Origin: Glaucostegus cemiculus
Taxonomy: Eukaryota
DNA: 64,000 nt
Direction of reading: 5' to 3'
Assembly (NCBI GenBank): GCA_976551045.1
Contig: CDPCPM010000012.1
Span: 2,046,001-2,110,000, forward strand
The notes beneath the pieces were generated by a model. It did not search any database and had not been told where the DNA came from. It worked only from the letters and a program-made list of their open reading frames with translations. Below are positions 1-13,990 of this stretch, piece by piece (positions within the stretch are counted from its first letter, which is position 1; each line of letters opens with the position of its first letter). Position numbers and translations under genes: made by a program.

Positions 1-1322
1 CATCCGAAGGATCCATGAGATGAAAAAAGAACATCTAATTAATGAGGGTAACCTAAAAATGTCAATGAGTACCAGCAGGAATACTGGTTGGCTCCTTGGG
101 GAACAAGGCAAAACTTAATTATAACTGACATCAGCATGCTAATAGTAAAAAAGTAGGAGATTTTCCTGTACTTCCACTAAGGTGCATTGCATTCTCTACT
201 TTTATTAAAGAGAGGGAAATCAGTCTGGTTCCTCTCAGGCAATGCAATCTGTGTTTCTGATATTCACCATGCCAAGACAATTTACTGCACATGTTTCACG
301 GCCAGTACCTAATTTTATGTTTAATTGTACATATCCATGTTTGACAATAGTTAGAATTAGTGTACTGGTAGAATGCACTTGCAACTATCAGTATAATGAA
401 TGCAAGACAAATACGACTTATAATTAAACTATCAAGCAGAATGAAACAATGTAGATAAGGTTAGATGAGGCTGGATGGGTGGGAAGATGAGATGGTGCCC
501 CACCATCTGTCTCATTCTCCTTTTAGCTTGCAGATAGGACATGCATCACCAAATAATATGATGTTTGATCTGCCAATCTGACTCAGGAATAAATCAACTG
601 GTAAGATGTGGGTAGTTAAACTGCAACCCTTTCAATAACCCAGTGAAGACCGATTATTTCAACAAATCAAATTGAATTTATTGCCATTTACACAGTACAT
701 TTAGGTACAGGCACAATGAAACCCTTGCATGCAGCAGGTACATAGGTACAGACAACACACAGAAAATACATTATAGATAAATTGATCATCATTCATCTTG
801 AATTACTCCTTATTCAATGTTAAATTATGGGGATCTAACACTTGACTAGGCTATTAGAAATATCTAAAATTCCAGCCAGATATTGATAAATTTTTCCTCT
901 TGCTATCCATACTTCACGATATGAAGTTTTTACCTTTTGTGAATGTTTTTAATCAATGCCTATCATGTGCAATGTGAACAACAGGGCTCCCACTATTTAT
1001 TGAAGCTTCATTTGCTTCATTTGGACAGAGCAGCAAGAGCCATAAAATTCTTTCAATACAATCATATTCAGTTCCAGTTGCCTTAATATTCTCTTAATCC
1101 TTCCAGTTTGCATTTATTTTCAATCAAGAGACTTGTCCACTATTGTGGTAAACAAATTTATATTGATATGCAGAACACCTGACAACTAAATTAAATGATC
1201 TTCAGATAATTTACATTAAAATTGTTTAACTTTCAATGTAATACCTTTTGTCACTACCCAAAAAAGTCTCAAGGATAAGCTTCACTTAATAATATCTTTT
1301 TCAAATGACTTCATATTCCAAA

Positions 1323-1381
1323 TGGCAACAGTTTTATTTGATTAGCATATTCCAAATGCTAATCAAATAAAACTGTTGCCA
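1323..1381. repeat. Perfect inverted repeat, 26-bp arms, 7-nt loop
   Basis: TGGCAACAGTTTTATTTGATTAGCAT / ATGCTAATCAAATAAAACTGTTGCCA. Confidence 0.97.
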
Positions 1382-3829
1382 GTCTTCTGAGGATAATACA
1401 TGCAAGACAAGAAAAGTGAACAGAAAAAAGACATACTGAAGCTCCATGCTAAAGAATTTTCACAGTAAAGGGAAAATGTATTAAATCTCTTTGGGAAAAA
1501 GTGGATAAACGATAAGCCAGTTTAAATCTGCTTTAGCAATGGATAATCCTTAACACTTTTCAAGCCATAAAGTAGCTTAGCCATAATTATTTGTAGAAAT
1601 ATAACCAATCAGCCACATATGATTTGTGCAAAAGCTTAAATATACAGTCAATTTAAAAAGCATGTAGAACATAAAAGCTGCAACCCCATAATATTCCACA
1701 GAACAGAATTTCTCTAGTTTGTAATGTTTCATATCTAATGTTTTCTGATTAATCTATGGCTGCAAAAATGAAAACAGAGTTAATGTTTTAGATCACTAAT
1801 AACATGTTGATGTTTCCAAGATAGCATTTATTGGTACAAAAAGTAGGTCCATTTAAAGATTATAAAAATATGAAAATTCATAAGGCAGGTTAGTTTATAA
1901 TCATCATCTAACTCACCATTGATGAAATACATGATGTCCAATTCATGTTATTTTACGCCATTTTAACGTTACTGATTTGAAATGTTTAGCGAGGAATACT
2001 AAAGTTAACAACATTTGATCACAAAATTTGCAATATCGACTCTTAAGTTTTAGTCTTCAATTAATAACATACTTGTCCATTCATAGTATTACACTGGATC
2101 ATGTATACTTATAATAAGACTGAATGTAAAAATGCTACACATGCTGCCCTTGAAGAAGAAAATTCAGAAAATATCTTTTGAAAGTGACTTAGTGCAGAGC
2201 CATATTACTATTAAGATTGTATTTTATTTTGGGTCCTGTGCTAAGATTTTTTCATATTTGACCTAGAACAAAAATCTTTTGACTGAAGTTGAATTTCCAT
2301 ATTTAAACAACCTTTAATGAATAAGAGAAAATATTAGACTACAGAAGAAAAGCAGTTATGTTTATTTGAAATACTGCTTGAATAATATCTCTGAGAACTC
2401 TGCATATAGTACAATCCTTCCTCTCTATGATGTTGATCTGAATCTAGCTATTTTATAAAATAAATATTTTGCCAAGGTTAACTCCGTAGTAGGAAATACA
2501 TGATCATATCTGTTGTGAGATCTTTACTTTGACAATGATTGTTCAAAATGTTGACATTTCAGTGCATGACAAATCTACAGGAAATGATCTTTAAAACAAT
2601 ATAGTTATCAGATAACAAGCTAGACCCTGGGCTATTAGTGAAAGTACAACATAAAGAGTTGCACATTAATCTGGCTCTACTTCAGTTATTTTACAAGAGC
2701 TAACAAGATAACTCCAATCAAAATATATGAAAAGATACCAATGGTAAGAAACATAAATCAAACATTATTTCACAATTTCCTCTGTTTTTAAAAAATACAT
2801 ATATAAAAAGGTATTTTCCAAAATCTGCTTTGCAACATGTGGCCAAGATAAATATTTATAATGGCAGGTTTGGTGCGGTGGAGAGGAGGGGGTGGGGTTA
2901 TATTTTGGACACCCCATTGATTCCAAAGGCCAGCCTGATACATTTTTCAGGCAGGACTGTAACTGGCCGAGTAGGTTGTTTGCCCTTTAGTGGCTGGATC
3001 CTGCTCAATAGTTGCAGATAGATCTGACACTGATTATTGGACCCTCAGGTGCAAATAGCTAGAGCACTTGGTGTTCCATATATATCTGTTCATAGAGAGT
3101 ACGTATGACCTTAGCAATGATTATTAAAAGGACCATGGGAGGGACCTCAAGAAACTGGATGAAGTAACTCTTATACTTAGAAAGGACCAGAAGAAGCAGG
3201 ACTGAAAAAATATTCCAGCCTGCTGACAGGATCTATGAAACTCAGTCTCACAATTATTGAACCCCGATGATATTTAAGTTTGAACTGCTGGCCATCATAT
3301 CATAAGAGAAGCCTCCTTTCAGTGCTGTACCACAACTACTAAATTTCAGAGAGCTACCTGCTTGGCACCCACAGATGGCCAGCATCTTTCAAGTGAGGTC
3401 TGGCCTGAGAAGTAGTTCATGGTGAAGGAGAAAGATCTGAATGTTTTGATACAAAATAATAAAGGGAGATTTGACAGGAGGTTTTGAAGGCCTTGAGCTT
3501 ATGAGAAATGATGTAAATAATGGTAAACACCATATTAATGAGATTAGGTATAATAATAATTGTGCATTGTTCATCAATATTTAATCACCTGCTATCCAAA
3601 TGTATAAAAGCCTTCTTATGTATTTGACATCCCAGCTCTTTTCACAGACTAACAGTTTCAATTCAAAAGCAACTGAACACTGACCATCAGCACCCCTGCC
3701 TGAAGCAGACATTGGCAGTTACATATCATGGGAAGTATAGACACCAGTAAGGTAAGTAAAAACAAGGTGAGACACTGACTGCCAGTGAGGAGTGTGTAGA
3801 AGTGATTGTTAGTTGGAGTTTAACTGTTA

Positions 3830-4645
3830 TAGGGCAGAGATCCAAAAGGCTATGAGATCCAAGGCAAGTTGGCAAATTGGATCCAAAATTGAAAGAGTAA
3901 TAGAAGACAGAGGGCCAACCTTGGTGGAGGTCCAGTAAAAGTATGACAGATACTATGAATTGTAGGCCCTGGGAAATATTGAGTAACAAAGGGACCTCGA
4001 TGTACAAGTCCAAAGATCTCTGAATGTGGCAGTAAAGGTACTTAGGGTGGTGAAGAAGGCAACTGGAATTCTTGCCTTCATTGGCCGGGCAGGGAGACCA
4101 TGGTACAGCCTTATAAAACATTGGTTAGGCCGCAGCTGAAATAATGTTTTCTGTTCTGGTCGTAATACTATAGGAAGGATAGGATTGTATTGGAGAGGGT
4201 GCAGAGGAGATTTATCACGATGTTGCCTCAGATGGAGCATTTCAGTTATGAGGAGAGACTGGATAGACATTTACAGGAGCAGAGGAGGCAAAGGGAGGGG
4301 GGACCTAATAGAGGTATACAGAAGTATGAGGGCTATAGTTAGGCAACAAGTTCCCTAAAGATGAGATGTCTAGATCAAAGGATGTAAGTTTAAGATGAGG
4401 AGTAAGTGATCTAGAAGGTAACTGAGGAATTTTTTTTTCACTCAGAGGACGATTGCAATCAGGACTGCACTGCCTGAGAACGTAGTGGAGGCAAGTACTC
4501 TCACAACTTTTAAGAAAAATCTTGATTGCCAAGGCCTAGTAGGCTATAGACCAAGTGCTGGTAAATGGATCAACGTAGATAGGTATTTGGTGGTCAGCGT
4601 GGACATGGTAGGCTGAAGGATCTGCTTCTGTGCTGTGTAATGACC
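3830..4645 (+). mobile_element. CR1-clade LINE 3' fragment (degenerate)
   Basis: Remnants of RDL.V.V..SL.VA..V..VVKKA, LYKTLVRP.L, LE.VQRRF; 3' tail GGCTGAAGGATCTGCTTCTGTGCTGT. Confidence 0.85.
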
Positions 4646-5639
4646 CTTATTGAATCTTTATAATCAAACTGCTTCTAAAGAGCATCAGAGGATGTAATCC
4701 AAGAAGCAACGAGTTCAATGGAGGGACAATAAGGAATTATGTGGTGTGAATAGTGGTGGACAACTGAACAGCTGAAAGTAGGAGGAAGGTGCCAAATGGA
4801 TGAAGCTCCAAGGAGATTGCCATTTTTGATGATGAGGAGTCCGGCATAGGTATCAAAATCAGTAGATAACCCATCTCAGCTTCTTTCAGAGTTCCCTGCT
4901 ATCATTGAAGCTGGTCATTGGCCAATTCACAGGATATCATGAAACGTCTGAGAGCCTGGATACAACAAAGACAATGGATCTAGACAATATCTTGGCTTTA
5001 GTGCTGAAGACTTGTGCACCTGAACTAGCCAACCCAACAAAGAACCACATTATATCTAAAGATATATTTTGGGTTCAGTATGATTCTCTACTTTTAAATG
5101 TAACCTGTAAAATGTGTTCAGATACTTTGCTATTTTGTGGCTCTCAAACAGATACCTATTCTTCAGTCAATTCCAGGACAAGACGGTAATGTCTGCCACT
5201 CCTCTGCAATACCATTGTCACTTATCCCTTGCCCAGAGCATGCATTACATGCTGACAGCGAGCAGCTACATATTCATTGAGAATTAAATGTGACATTGCT
5301 GCAGTTCTCCCAGTGGGTGAACACGTTTCAGCTCTTGTAAAAGTGTTGAAATTACTAGAAAAAAAATGGGAGGAAGGAAAGTAATTTTACACTTGAAGGG
5401 AATCATGCCAGCTTACTCTGGGCAGCATACAAGAGTTTGAAGTTAATTACCACACATGATAGCAGACAGCTTTAAGTGCAGTCCTACAGATCTATATCTC
5501 TCCATTAATGTTGGCTTAAATGAATTTAAGATTGTTAGAATGCTAACTGTTATCTTTCTATAATAGCTAGATATAAAATCTTGCCACACACAGAATCCCT
5601 CTGATCAGTTCGCTACTCCTCCCAATCCTGAAATGACCT

Positions 5640-6560
5640 CAAGGAAAATTATGAATAAGAGCCTCTCTGACTGAAGTTGTTATGTATTATTTACTTAACC
5701 TCTTAATAGCCTTCAACACAGATAACCACATTGTCCTCCTCCGCCGCTCTCCCCTGTAGTGCGGCTCAGTGGTCTTGGCTAGCTTGCTTTCACAATTATT
5801 ACAGGCAGCTCCTCTCTACCCACAGCTTCCCTACATATTTCACCATGGGATTTTTCCCAAGTGCTCTTCCATTGGCCCTCTTCTCTTCCACACCCACATG
5901 ATGCCTTTGGGCAATATCATCTACTGAAATGGCATTGTTCTGTTCCCGGCTCTATTTGTCCTTCAGGTTTCTTGGTATTCCCTCTTCATTCGTGGAGCTG
6001 ATCATCCAGCCGGCCAGGATTAACTGGGTGGAAGATGGCCAGTTGGTGGAGTAATTAGGTTAATTTAACTGATCCCTTGCCCTTAAACCTGTGCAATTGT
6101 CTTTGACTTGGTCTGAAGCAGACAGCTCACAATCTCAAGTTTCAGTTTATTTTCTGTCGAGCTGAATTTCTAACCCTATACCTCCTCCATCTTATAGACT
6201 TCTTGACAGCGTATATTGACACCCAATTCTGAATGCTTGTGTCTAAATCCTATCCTCCATGAGATCATGGTCAACCAAAAACCTAGTCATTACCAATATA
6301 CATTGGTTCCCGGTCCCAAATGACCTGACTTTAAAATGCGTATTTTTGCATTTAAATTCCTCCATGACTGGAGATTCCTTTGTTCTACAATCTTCTCAGG
6401 ATGCCACAATCTGACCCAATCTTTGCAATTTTATGAGCTGCCGTCTTGTGTAGCTGCTACATCATGTGTCCAAAAATCTTGCTGGATTCACTTCTCTAAG
6501 CTCAACCACCTTCTTTACTTCTTTAAAACAACAGAGCTTTTTGTAAGATTTCCAGCTCCC
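5640..6560 (+). mobile_element. Degenerate L2-like LINE remnant
   Basis: TTACTTAACCTCTTAATAGCCTTCAACACAGATAACCAC resembles LLDLSAAFDTVDH; downstream LHW.PV...FK-like remnant near 6300. Confidence 0.55.
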
Positions 6561-8614
6561 CAGTTTGAAGGAGTGTTTTCTGCATTAACTCCTAAATGGC
6601 CAAGCTGCAAGTACAAGATTATTCCTTTATTTTTCCTGTATTTATTTCTCTAGGGTTAACTTTAAACTGATGAAGGTAGTGTAAAATGAGCGATATCAAG
6701 ATGACCGTTGGTTCTACACCTCTTCTTCATTTTTAGGTATTTTGTGAACATTGTCAGGGTGTCAGTGACTTGAGATTTAAGTATGTGCTGCTCACTTCAG
6801 CAGGCAGCACCAGCTATCCAGCTGCTTGCTGAGAAGGGCTGAGAAGCAAGTGATCTCCACAGTAGTATGCTGGTTTTGTGAGCTAGGACCCTCCTCCACT
6901 GTGGGAAGGTAGCCCTTAGACTTGATTGACTACCCCGATGAATTACTGAAAGCTCCCAACACAGCACTTGTCCTGATTAATTTTTAAGTTGTATCACTGC
7001 TTACTATATTGCATGGGAGAAAAAGCCCACCTTGTGCAAGGAACTACTGATAAAGTATACCCGGGTAAGCTAGTTGGCTTTTCAAACCTTTATTTCTTAG
7101 GTTATTGCATTACTTATCCCTAGGTGACTTATTTACATCCATTTCCATTTTACTGCCAATCAAGTTTTGTGTTGCGTATCATCTTGAAAATGCTGTTCTT
7201 CATTTACAGTATTTGAATCTAATGAACATCAGAAAAGGAGAGCAAAATAGATTGGAACTATCATAAGATAATTTTTCTTATATGACTGATCCAATTTTGA
7301 AAGCAGCAGTCCGAATTAATGATGACCTGAAAAGAATGGAAATCAGTTCTCAGTAGCTTCTCTCTTCCGTGTGAGTCGCTAGAAGAGTGGATCAGCTGGA
7401 TGAAGAATTTAATTATCATCCTCTAGAGGACTGGGAGTGCATATTGAAGGCAATTTACAATCACTGGAAATATTCTGTTTTGGAATTTCTCAAATGACAT
7501 CTACATTTGCAGTATCTGACCATTTCCTTCTGTTATAGAAGGTTTTCAAGAATATTTGAGCATTTCCACACAATACTGACATTGAGAGAGTATTTTCCTT
7601 GAAGAATATAAAACTATACACAGAGCTGCACTGTCTTATGAAGCTAATCTGGCATCCCAGACTTAGTGCAAAGCAAACATATTTTAAGATTAAAAGCTCT
7701 CATTCCATTCAATATGTAAATAGTTTTCAGGAATTTACACAGCCACCCAGACTAGGAGTCCTGCAACAACATCTGGAAGAAGAGAGAGAACTGAAGACCA
7801 ATCTACAAGTCCACCTTCCACCATCACACAGCAGGAAGGTGAGCATTACTGTAAATTTTCAGCACTACTGTCCAAGGAAAATGCTTGAGAATATTGGTGA
7901 GTTGTTAATTTTAATTTCTCGTTGGATTCAGGATACAGGTTTCCATGTACAACTATTATTCCACTTCTCAATTTTTAGCTATAGGTGATGTGCTGCATTA
8001 TATTTACTTTTTGACATATTGGAGGAACTTTTTCTGATTATTAGAAAAGTTAAATAAGTTTTAGAATTAGTTTAGGTATAAAGTCTGCCCATTCAACAGT
8101 TTTGCAAAATATTATCCAGGCAAATCCTACCTCATATCTTTGTTATGCTGCAACAGAATTGTACAAGTGGGTTCAGTGTTACATTATAGATTACATGATT
8201 GCAAATGCTAAAACTTTTCATTGGATTCACATTGGGTGATTTGGTAAGTAGGATAAGAAATTATACATAATTATAGTTCAAGGGAAGATTAAACAAATGA
8301 TAGAATTAAGAGAGCAAGTTGTAAAAATGGGACTTGATTGTCCATCTACATTTGTGTGTGTGTGTGTATGAAACAGCAGACAAATTGGCAAGACCAGAGC
8401 TATGAACTGTAATTTGAAAACTTTACTCACATTGTTAGATTCTCATTCAACAGCATCAAATGTTAGGAGCATGAGATTGTGCCTACCTCCTTCTTGCATT
8501 CTGAAAGTGCCAAGTCTTTTAGGCGTCAGATGGACTTACATATTTCACTGAGGGTCCTCCAAACACCCCTCCCTTGTACCTCACTCTTCTTCTCAGAGCC
8601 CATTTGGGGTAATA

Positions 8615-10190
8615 CAAACAAATGAATTAGGAGCAGTAGGCCATTTGACCCTTTAGTACACTCCACCATTCAGTAAGATCATGAATGATCCATTAGTAGC
8701 CTCAACTTCACAATGTCACCTCCCATTCCCCTCCCAATAACCTTTCACCCTTTTGCATATTGTACATCTGCATCTGCCTTAAAAAGATTCAAAGACTCTG
8801 CTTCCTCTGCCCTTTGAGGTAGCAGAGCTCTACAGCTCTCTAACAAAGAAAAATGTCTCATGTTTTGATTCTGACCTCCAGTGCCATCAGTGGAGTTTGC
8901 ATGTTCTCCCTGTGATTGTGTGGCTTTCCCCGGGTGCTTCACTTTCTTCCCTCATCCACAGATATCCGCTTGTTAAGTTAATTGGCTAATACATATTGAC
9001 TTTGGTGTAGGTGGGTGGTAGAAGAATCAGAGGAGTGTTTATTTATTTATTTTTTAAAATTTTTTTATTTACAGCGTGGTAACAGGCTCTTTCGGCCCAA
9101 CGAGTCCACGCCGCCCATTTTAAACCCCCCAAATTAACCTACCCGTACGTCTTTTTAGAATGTGGGAGGAAACCGGAGCACCCGGAGGAAACTCACGCAG
9201 ACACGGGAGAACGTACAAACTCCTTACAGTCAGTGACAGGAATCGAACCCCGATCACTGGCGTTGTAACAGTGTCGCGCTAACCGCTACGCTATCGTGTT
9301 TATGGGTATACAAGGGAGAGAATAGTTTACAGGAAAATATGAGGAGAATGGGATTAATGGGATTGCTCTGAGAGCTGACATAACTCGATGGGCTGAATGG
9401 CTCTTTTCATGTTGTTAGGAAATATGAAATAAGCCTTCTCTGAACTTCGTCCAATGCCTTTATATCCTTCCATAAATAAGGAGACCAACAGCATTCATAG
9501 TAATCTAAATGTGGTCTCACCAATGCCCTATATAACCAAGGCATCACCTCTCTGCTTTAGTATTCAATTCCCCCTTGTAATATACAACAATATTCTGTTG
9601 GTTTTCCTGCAATAAAAGCCTTTTGTGAATCATACCAAGGACACACGGGTACCTTTGCATCTTAGAGCTCTGCAGTCTCTTAACATTAGATATTATTTTT
9701 CCAACCAAAATGGAGAATTTCTTATTTTCCTATTTTATACTCCATAAGCCATATCTTTGCATACTCACCTTACTCACATGCTCACCATATCATCCCTCCA
9801 ATACCTCCTTGTACCCTTCATGCAAATTGCTTTCCTAAATTGTCATCAGCAAATTTAGCTACAGTATCTTGCATGCTTTCCTCCAAGTACTTCTCAATAA
9901 ATTAGGGCCTACAACTGGTACCTGTGACACATGGCTTAGTACAGCTTGCCAATTAGAAAAAGACCATTTATGCCTACTTTCTGTTTTCCGTTAGCCAGCA
10001 ATCTTCTATCCATTCCAATACACTACCTTCTACAGCAATAATTTTTGATGCAGCATCTTACCAAATACCTTCTGGAGATCCAAGTCAAACAAATCCACCA
10101 GTTCCCCTTTATCAGCTTGTTACTTCTTCAAAAAACAATAAGTTGGTCAAATATGCTTTCCCTTTCACATAATTATGTTAACATAGCCTG
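8615..10190 (-). mobile_element. CR1 LINE remnant hosting an old V-SINE (about 8870-9430, plus) that hosts a young V-SINE
   Basis: CR1 3' end (AGGAGCAGTAGGCCATT) at 8630; RT-like remnants 9450-10190. Confidence 0.75.
9043..9295 (-). mobile_element. Young tRNA-derived V-SINE (HE1-like), TSD GTGTTTAT
   Basis: B-box GGTTCGATTCC and V-domain GTTTGTACGTTCTCCCGTGTCTGCGTG..TTTCCTCCGGGTGCTCCGGTTTCCTCCCACA on minus; CR1-like 3' tail; direct repeats 9035-9042 and 9296-9303; highly similar to copies at 49765 and 62069. Confidence 0.9.
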
Positions 10191-12700
10191 ATTACAAAAG
10201 TTGTGACAAGCTGAGAATGTTTGCTGCTCATAATGTAATCAGCAGTCTCTGAGGTTTGCCCTGAAATTAGATTACTAAGATTTGCAATCAATCCTGCCTT
10301 AGCCTTTTAAATTTATTCAAAGCGAATGTCAAGGTGACTAAATTTGAACAGAACTTGACAAGAGTTTTCTGAAAAAAGGTCGTTGATCTGAAATGTTAAC
10401 TGTTTCCTTCTCCACAGATGTTGCTTAATCTGCCGAGTTTATCCAGCATTTTCTGTTTTTATTTCAAATTTGCATCATGTACAGTATCTTGCTTTTGAAC
10501 AACCAAACATATTAACCTGTGTGTATACTGAAAATGTCAACCTGCATCCCATCAGTGCTGAAAGAAAACTGATTTGTAGCTGGAAGCTGCAGCACTTTTG
10601 AGATCCAATTATTTTTTATTAGTTTTGTTTGCTAGAATTATGTCAGGTGTAGTGAGTCAAAAGCCCAGAAGTCTGGGATCCAAACCACTGCTGATCAGGT
10701 TTCATTAGTAGTCAGTAAACCACACTCTATGAGCCATATAATTTTTTTAATAAAAATAATTGTTCATAAAAATACAATTAGAACTATGGCAGTTTAGAAC
10801 TGTGCCAGTTCACAACTGCATCTTTTTCAGGCATTTCTCAGTTTTAATTTTAACAAAGTGCTTGCCTTGGGTGGCATAAAGCTTTTACAACTCAGTCTCC
10901 AGTTTCTACTGGTCATTTGAAAAAGCCAAGAAACGCTTGTGATCATCACAGAACAGGGAGATGTTCTGTTGGTGCTCTGAAACTCCTGCTGGAAAATTCC
11001 TCAAGCTCAACATGTTCAGAGCACAAAACTGTGATAAGAGCTCTTTCTGACTGCTGCCTTATAAAGGACCAGATCAGGCTCGCTCTGTGCCACTGCCTGC
11101 TGTCCACACCCAACTACACATCTTCTGTGTGGAGAAGGTCAGACAAGCTGGCCTGTTACATCCAACAGATATACAGTGTGTTGGGGTCAGCCATTGTATA
11201 TGGGGCCCAACCCCCAGATGCTCTGACCAACTTTCTGATAGAGGCATTCAAAAAAATATAAATTAAACTACAATGTTTAACACAAATGTGGAAAATTTCT
11301 AAATCTCAGAGAGAGGAATTTAATTAAAGTTTTCCGGATATTAAGGGGAATAAGGAGGCTGAACTGAGAGAAACCCTTCTCACTGGTTGAACAGTTTAGA
11401 ACTGAGAGGCAATATCTGAAACTCAAAACCAGGAAGCAAACACACAGGGGGATAACAGAAATTAGGAACTCTCCTGCAAATGGTAACTGACAGTTATTAA
11501 ATCTGAGATTAATAGATTTTTGATAACGAAAGGTGCAAAGAGCTCAATGATCTACTGTTATTCCTATGTTTCCCCATTCCTAATGTAGATTCATTGGGAT
11601 AACATATGCAGTGGTAGGCACGGATACAATAAGAGATTTGGAAGTCATGGACTGCAATTGGTAGAGTGGAGACAGTAAATAGGATTTTAAAATATGAGAG
11701 GCAGAGAAAAGATTACTTCAATTCATCAGTGAATTGTTAAGGACTGGGCATGCATTTAGGATTAGCACTGGGAACATAAAAGGAGCAGTTGAAAGGTTTT
11801 TTCAAGGGAAGTATAATTAGAATATGGAATAGAACTCAACAAGTAGCTGTTGAAGTCAAATCAATCACAAGGTTTAAAATAGTAAAATATCAAGTCAAAC
11901 TCTTGTACCTTTCTGCACCTATCATGGATGTGACACCTGCATTTTGTCCAGGAATACAGTACCCATTTATCTCTTCAGATTTAGATTTGATGCGCAAAAC
12001 TGTCTTCCACAGTATGCTTTCTTTATAATTTGTGAAATGTTTGTTACTTGGTTTTGGACTAGCCTAGATATGATGACTGTGTCTAGAATTTAATGTCTCA
12101 AAAAGTTGTTAAGCTTCACTATTAACTTCTTACAAGGCCACTAATTTGACAGAATAAAACTTAAGTTGATTAAGTTCAAAGGTAACTTAAAATAGATTAC
12201 TACTGTGTTGCAAATTCCATGAATGGTCAGTATTCAATCTAATAAAGGAAACTCCAGTATTATAGCTGCTAAGAACAGCATGAAAATCATTACATCATTC
12301 AAGCTTTTCTTCCCATAAGTCAAAGTGATGTGTAATGAAATACATGCCAATTGTTCATGCAACTAAAAAGTCTATCAACTATTTATCACCCATGTGACTT
12401 CTGGGAGTCACTGAGTCCTGGAAAATATAAACCAGAATTTTTCATTTTAATTTTTATCTGCATATTTCTAGATTTCACCACAATGCAGACATCTGAACAA
12501 AGAAGTTGAGAACACAGCAGAATGTTTAATTTTAAAAAATAAGGCACTGTTTCAATATTTTCATTCATTAACTATACTTCAGATAAATATAGAAACAAAT
12601 GCTTGTACTAAAATAGCATTTCATAGGATTGACACCTCAATAATATTTATGGAAACTTATTATTTGGTTACAACTACAAGAAGAATTGTCTGAGAGGGTC

Positions 12701-13101
12701 TGTCACAGTGTTGAGCTCTCAGAGAACCCAAATGCAGCACACTGGTATGAGACTGGAGTCAGGATGCTTCCTCAGGACCAAGCAAAGGCAGTAACTGGAA
12801 GAAATCTTGTCCCGGGGATCTGAGGTGGAGCCCAAACACAAAAACTGGATATCCTACAAGGAACAGTGAAACCGGGACTGCTCTAGAGTTGAGAGTTCTA
12901 AGCAGCCAGGAGAAAAGATATACCCAAAGGTTGACTAACACTCTGGCAACTAGTGCTAGAGAAACCTGGGTACTTATGCTAGGCCCCTGATGGGGCTCAG
13001 GTGTGTGTCATTATGCAATTAGTCATGCAGGGAATCCATGTGCTGCACAACAAGGCATCATCAATGGAGCCGAATCGAGGCCAGTACTCAGTACCATGAC
13101 A
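12701..13101 (-). mobile_element. Solo LTR (probably Gypsy-like) with 5-bp TSD GGGTC
   Basis: Starts TGTCA (12701), ends TGACA (13101); GGGTC flanks at 12696-12700 and 13102-13106; strand inferred from fish-LTR-like minus-strand motifs. Confidence 0.85.
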
Positions 13102-13603
13102 GGGTCGTGTTTCAGAGATTTTTTAAGACTTTTGGGAAAGTAAAACTAGAATGGTAGAGATTAGGACAAGAGGATATGGATTCAAATTTGATATCTGAGT
13201 TAATTTAACAATCCAGCATCCTGTTCACTTTTGATGCTACCTTTGTCATATTTGATATAGTGAATCAATTAACAACTATAGGTCTTTTAAAACTCCCACC
13301 ATACCAAACATTGTTCCTCCCCTATTAATACTAACTTCCATTGGGTTTATGATCCCCAACACACAGGTATCAAAATACATTTTATTTTTATTTACAAGTG
13401 TCTCTCTTTGCCTCTCAGCCTAAAACCCACATGCTACTGCTTTTGTGCAGACTCTTGATTTGTTCCTAGATTTTTTACTGAATCTATGACAGTAACAGGA
13501 CCACAATTTCAGATTCTTTTCCTTAACCTATTCACCTTGTTGTATCTCTCCTTACTTTGAAAGCATCCTGAAAATCTCTGTTTTGGGGCTAATTTTCAAA
13601 ATA

Positions 13604-13990
13604 AATACTGCAGATGCTAGAAACCTGAAATAAAAACAAAGGTGGAAATACTCAACATAGAACATAGAACTCCCTCAGCACAATTCAGGCCCTTCGGCCC
13701 ACAAAGCTGTGCCGAACATGTCCCTACACTAGAAACTACTAGGCTTACCCATAGCCCTCTATCTCATTTTGCTCCATGTGCTCATCCAACAGTCTCTTGA
13801 AAGACCCTATTGTATCCGTAACATGTCAGGCAGCATCTGTGAAAAGGGAAACTGACTAATGTTCCAGGTCAATGACCTTTCACCAAAGCTAGGGTAAATA
13901 GAAATGAAACAAGGAGAGAAAGTGGGGAGAGGCAGAGAGAACAAAATGAAATGTACGCCATAAGGTGGAGCCCAGGAGAGAATGACAAGT
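13604..13990. mobile_element. Penelope-like terminal repeat interrupted by a CR1 3'-end insertion (about 13656-13820)
   Basis: AATACTGCAGATGCTAGAAACCTGAAATAAAAAC...GTCAGGCAGCATCTGTG matches the family at 58615-59870; insert starts with (AACATAG)n tail repeats. Confidence 0.75.

Noticed and set aside
11086-11200. SRF CArG boxes in the 10850-11260 island
   Set aside because: The CCTTATAAAGG near 11057 has seven A/T bases and CCATTGTATATGG does not fit CC(A/T)6GG.
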